Part shown: positions 58,455 through 64,000 of the stretch, in pieces
Position numbering within the stretch: the first letter of the stretch is position 1
Layout of the letters: the number at the start of each line of letters is the position of its first letter
From: Marsupella aquatica
Lineage: Eukaryota; Plantae; Marchantiophyta
Direction: 5' to 3'
Length of the DNA: 64,000 nt
Assembly: GCA_973895155.1 (NCBI GenBank)
Contig: OZ316898.1
Coordinates: forward strand, 16,289,420 to 16,353,419
The notes under the pieces: generated by a model
The model's input: the letters and a program-made list of their open reading frames with translations, nothing else
What the model was told of the DNA's origin: nothing
Databases searched by the model: none
Position numbers and translations under genes: made by a program

Positions 58455-59515
58455 TTTGAAACGAAGGCCATATAGCGTTTGTTTATGGTGTAACAAAATC
58501 ATAGGGATTCAGTTCACTGTAGCAATTTGAGCCTTCTTAGTCATACTTGTGAGTCGCTCCTGATTTATCGTCTCTTTCGAGCTAATGAGATTTGATTAGA
58601 TATTCCTGGAAGGTTCATGTAGAATTATCCTGTTGTAAATGATATGTAAGGTAAGACAAAGTTTACTTGAATATGAAAGCGGATAACGAGTCAAATGGAC
58701 TTACGAGAGATTGGAGTTCGCATTTTGCTTGTCGAAGTTAGAACGTTTAAATTTCTCACATTTGTAAAGAGAGCTTTTGGCAGGTTGGAAATTAAGCAAC
58801 ACATCAAGTTTTTTCCATCCGCAGCTAGTGAGAACTCTTCCATGAAATCGAATAGGACAAAAGGAAGGCTCACATAATTGATGTAGTTTGATCCAAGGTG
58901 TGATATGATTGGCTCAATCAAAGGTCGCATCCTTATAAATTTTAATGAGGATTAGTGACTGTGCTATATCCCACATAAATTGTTCAGGTATGTGGCTTAG
59001 AGCGCGGCTTAGAGGGGCCAGTTCGCTCACACGACGTCATGAAGAAATATCTTTGACCCCGTTTCCACTTCACTTTTCGTACATTGATATATTTTGCACA
59101 CACTTTTGTTATTGTAAAACAGTGTCTCCTCTGTCTGTGTTAATCGATGCTCCTGGTCACCTGAATTCGCAAAACTGCAGCCTTCATGTTTTGTGAGTCG
59201 AGCTAGAGCCTTCATGTTTGAATACAAATGCAGCATATCCACATGTCTCAAAGGGAGGAGACAGTGGGTTCAGCCCGCCATGAACGGGCAACAGTACCGA
59301 ATCACCGATCAATGTTTAGGTAAAGGTCTCCAATTCAAGGCCCATCGTCATGGTCACAGACCCAAAGAAGTTCTGAGAACATTCGATCATTAACACCAGC
59401 CTTGCGAGGTAGTCCTACCCGGGGTAGTAGCTATTCAAAAAATTCATCGTTGCCATTGTTGTCAGGGAAATCTTCAGGGAGATCGTCATCATGTACGCAA
59501 AGAGGAAACAATAAA

Positions 59516-62500
59516 ATGTCTTCGTTAAGGTTTCTGGGCTCTCGACCCAATCATTCTCAAAGTTCTAGACGAGGTGGTGCCAATTTCAGACCTCATCCCG
59601 GTGATATAGTTATTGTTCAAACCGATAGAAGGCGGACCTATTCAAGCGGGTTGGGAGGGTTTGTTGCCCTCAACTTGGACAAAGATTTTTTCGAAAAGAC
59701 ACTAGTTCAAGATCACCGCACCTTAGATGCATACTACACTCAAGACTTCTTCAAAGGGGACGTTGTTGTTCGGATGGGGACATTTGACAAATATTGGAAA
59801 TGGCATCCTGCGTAGGGCATCTTGCTCATCCTGTTTACACTTTCCATAAAGCAATTGAAGTGAACATATTTCTAGTTCTACCGTACCATACCATACCAAC
59901 AAATATAAATAATATCTGAACTTCTCAAGGTTGCTCATATCTCCATTAAATTTTTGCCTCCGAAAGAAAACCTCATTACTAAGGAATATTCTACCACAAC
60001 ATTTCAAATGACTGGAGATTTACTAGTCATTAGAGTGCAAATACCATCTATGTATTCAATGATTTGTAGAGAGGCTACCCTCAAGGTTCACTGCTGACGG
60101 TGCCCTCCGCCTTGGGACCAGTTGTAGTGAATGAATCCGGTGATGCACACAATATTTTAGGATAAGCAAAAACAATGCCTGCATGGAATTATAAACCTAC
60201 AAATGAAAGGGATGCTCGGAAATATGCTGACAGTTTGAAAATGTCATCGAAAGTGTGCTAATTGTAGGACAATCATGCAACTTGTTAATCCTGTGCACAA
60301 TTGTTCCCATGTCTCATACGTTTTCGAAATCAGCAAGGTGGTGCAGGTCTTTGTGTGTGGAAAACAAACACTGTTGGTGGTTGGTGGCCAAGGTCGGTTG
60401 GCATCCTTTGGAACGACCAGTTCATAGCGAACATTTTGAGCGACTCGACCTGTTTGTGCCTTGTCGTGACCTTTTTCTCAAACCTAGATGCGGATACTTC
60501 ATTATTCGTGGCTCACCTGGAATTGGTGAGTAAATTTTCAGAATATCATTGTTTCAAGCTTCTTCGTTTTTGGCCACGAGCTTGACTAACCAGACTACGC
60601 AGAATAGTTCCAATCCGGAATCATTCTAACGTTTCATTTTCATCTTCTAATAAACTAGCCTGCAATATGAACTGGTTCGTTTAAATCCCAATTTGATTAT
60701 GATTGCCAGCTGTAACGCACTTCATAATTGTATACACAATTCTGTTCCTTAGGGTAAAGAATTTTCTTTTTGAATTTTAGAGGGCATTAATTTTCCAGCC
60801 TCCCTTCTTTGAACCACAGAAAACAGTTTACCTTATAAAATATACATATACATATACATATAAATATTGTTTTACAGAATAGAGATCATGTCCAGAATAT
60901 ACTATATTGCGTGACTGAATATTTTCCATTTTTAGTTTCTTCCATGCTTCAATCAATGCATGCTAACAACTTGTTGCATGGCTCTTTACTTTTTCCATCC
61001 ATTTCATCAGTTTACTTTTTCTTGTCTATTCCCAAAAAATTGATCGAGTTTATGTGAATGTTCTAGTTATTGCAATTGTGATATAAAGCCCCTCAAAACT
61101 TGGGCTACCTACTGCCCTGGTTTTGGGGGGCATTATATTCACAATGCCCTCTACCCAGGACATTCTCCTATTCAATTCATTAAATTAAAGTGACTAGAAC
61201 TTTCTTTTTCAGACTAGTATACACACAAAAAGGTATTTATACTTGGTGACTACCATAGTCCATAGAATCAAGATTTTGATTAAGAAAGTTTTAGACCCTA
61301 TAGCAATGTAAACTCTGAACTTAGAGGTACAAAATTGGAAGCCTGCTCAATCATCACCCTATTCATTAAAAGTGTATATTTTTGGGTTCAATTTTAGCCT
61401 TTAAATGTTCACTTTTTTGTCTCTAACTATCCCAACTAGATCATGTACACTTTTTTAAGTTAAAATGTACACTATTAATAGTACAATACTTTGCACCTAG
61501 AAATGGTCAATTGTAAACTTGCGGGGCAAAACAGATCTTGAAGTCTAGAAGGAATCTAGTCCTAACTGTTCATTTACGAAGGATGCACATGGTGGTATGT
61601 CTAATGACCATGACATTTAATTGTTGCTTGCCCATATATACACTTTAATTTTGAAAACCAAATGCCATGCCAAATGTACACTTTATGCTGCCCAAAATAA
61701 TGCTCATAAAGTTAATGAATATATTGATGCTCCCACAAATTGTAATGTTTGACAAGATGCTTATATAGACGGTTGCAATCCATCTGGACCACTTTTTTCT
61801 TGAATATTTTGAAACTATTATATTCAAATAATATATATTTTTTGGTATAGATGCTCACTTTTTTGGGTGTCAAAAATTGTTTGGTTGATCCATAGGAGTC
61901 CAGAGGTCAAATGGCTGGTCCCTGGGCTGGTCTATGGCTAGAGAAGTTTTTGAGAAATGATTTGTCTCTCCTGGATGTCTTGGGGGGGTCACTTCCATAA
62001 AAGTGGTTTATCACATGTAACAATGAAAATATAGGGTCATTTAAATAGTTTTGACGGAATACTTATTAAGTTGTCATGAAAATATTAGTTTTTTTAATTG
62101 CAAAATGCATACATGTTGTTGTGTGATTGGTGTTGTACAATTTATAAAGTGACGTAGGGTGTCATAAATGATCCAAACCTTTGCATGTGATGTACGGCCC
62201 TCTACATTAACACTGACCCCCCCCCCCCCCCAAGAGCTGGATGTCTAAACCTAGAAAGTGAATTTTGGAATGTTCTTACCCCAATCATGATAGGAAACTA
62301 CTGTAGTTGCTTATCCAACTTCAAATTCTTTGTATGACTATTTCAAACTTAAACCTAAAGAGACTACATTGACAATGATGGAAGCTTGATGTTGATAGAT
62401 GCATTGATCACCAGACTGATTTAGGAATCATGGCTCATGAGTGACCCTTGCTCCAAATAGCTAAAGCATCACTTTGTGATCTTTATGCTTTAATTGTGAA

Positions 62501-62747
62501 TTTGAATGCCCAGAGAGGCATGGCTGCGTGGTAGCTCCAGGGGTAGCTCACGTAGTGACTCATAGGTTCTGGGTTCAAAAGTTGTGATTGACAGATCCCT
62601 TTCTGTGGGGTTTCACAGATTTCCCCTTAAATTTACAAATAAAAAATTAAAATACTGTGAATTTAATGTAGTGTTCATTGTGAGAAATTCTAAGCAGTTC
62701 TCACCATTAAAGTGGACCAAACTAATTTCCTCAACTCGTGTGTGTGT

Positions 62748-62782
<35 letters not shown>

Positions 62783-63240
62783 TCGGGGTGTGCATTCTTT
62801 GCATACTGACATACACAGAAAATGTCAATAAGTGGGAGGCAATGTGGTGGCACCCGGGCTTAGAGATTAAGCCATATGATGTGCTTATGCGGGCCAGCTA
62901 TGAATTCTCACGAGAGTTTGAAAATCTCAACTTGACTCAAGTTGTTGTGGAGATGTATTGGTTGTATGATACACTGCAATATTGGATTTTTGTTGGGAGG
63001 GACGCTTACATGTACACCTCAAATAAGAACTCTTATGATTTGTATGCATACACTGAGCCAATCACACGTTCCCATTTGTCAATCAATTGGCAGCGCATGC
63101 AGGACTCTTTGGCAAGGAAGTACATCAGAACTATTCGTTACCGCCAAAAACCCGGAAAGCAAAAGAGAGTTCTCGATCAACCTTATGATCATCACCTACC
63201 TAGACACTACGATCATCTTGGCTTTGATGATCCATATTAG
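59516..63240 (+). CDS. Candidate 3-exon gene of unknown function (59516-59811, 60347-60525, 62819-63240; 298 aa)
   Basis: Phase-compatible GT-AG introns (phase 2, then phase 1): GC|GTAGGG...TGCAG|G and G|GTGAGT...CTGAC-ATACACAG|. The joined CDS is 897 nt and open; a WHP motif recurs once per exon. Confidence 0.42.
62738..62780. repeat. (TG)n microsatellite
   Basis: About 21 TG units with one interruption, just upstream of the putative exon-3 acceptor. Confidence 0.95.
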
Positions 63241-64000
63241 TTAAATCTGATTGAGTGAATCCTGAATAGTCACTAATTTCACACCTGGTACCAAACTTCC
63301 AACTTACTATAGTTGATTGACTCCAATGATGCCTACAATATTTTAACTTGTTTAAAAATTATTATATTTAAAGGGCATAGTCATTTAGGTTGAATTTTCT
63401 TGGAGCTTCTAGACATTCAAGTAGTCATGACTAACCCTTATGACAAGTCCATTCCAAAATCTTATCTCTAGCCTATGGTTGTATCACATCAGTGGTTTTT
63501 GCCACAAAGTTGACCGGTGATGGTTGTGGCAACAAACAAACACCACAAACTATTTTGTGTCTGTCATAAATGTTGCCATGAAAAATGGTTATATAATTAG
63601 ACGGTCCAGGGATTTGTGGTGACTTAGGAAAATTGACAATTTAAATGCTAAAAACACTAATAAATATGAACAATAGTGGAATGTTTTAATTATTTCCAGG
63701 AATTCCCAAATGCATTTATAAAGATTGTTAGTAATGATGAATTGATGGATATTGATATATAATTATATATCAAAACAAGGATTGACATTCTATACTATAC
63801 TTAAACTTTGAAGTACATGTTTAACATGTTTTGCGGCATAGACAAACTAGATATGGGACTGAGATCATACAACTAGATATGGGACTTGAAATCAATGAAA
63901 GGTACAAATACCATATCATACAACTTAAAATAACACAAATAATGAAAACAAGACAGCCTTCAAACTAAAACAAGTTTGAGATCACAACAAAATATTTTTT

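Noticed and set aside
60497-60533. IIRGSPGIG as a Walker A P-loop
   Set aside because: The GK[ST] is missing in both the unspliced (GE*) and the modelled spliced (IENV) versions; no suitable alternative exon was found.

Overview
Eukaryotic, TE-dense plant genomic DNA, most likely from a non-seed plant such as a liverwort (inferred from TE types and gene structure). There is one clear host gene (chloroplast peroxiredoxin Q, 4 exons, minus strand) and one candidate 3-exon orphan gene near the 3' end. The rest is mostly nested retroelements. The dominant feature is a 15.55-kb non-chromovirus Ty3/Gypsy element (7548-23100, minus strand) with 4.66-kb LTRs that make up about 60% of its length. Each LTR carries a ~1210-codon sense ORF: basic NLS-like stretches, a globular domain, an acidic/Pro-rich linker and a long coiled coil. 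Further copies of this LTR occur as a truncated copy (4369-7547), a TSD-flanked solo LTR (45681-49812) and a diverged end fragment. Two other, sequence-distinct giant LTRs (35469-39096, solo with TSD and an intact ORF; 43634-51529) encode proteins with the same architecture, so protein-coding giant LTRs appear in three families in this window. The full element also shows a candidate -1 frameshift signal (GGATTTT plus a perfect 10-bp stem) between gag-protease and RT-RH-INT, and a second exact copy of its PPT almost at the element centre. Also present are a split L1 LINE, an RTE/RTEX-like LINE with a near-identical 3' stub, a Harbinger Myb-like remnant, a second Gypsy RT fragment, and RPL10 and sugar-transporter gene fragments. 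All alignments and counts were done by eye; no database searches were run.
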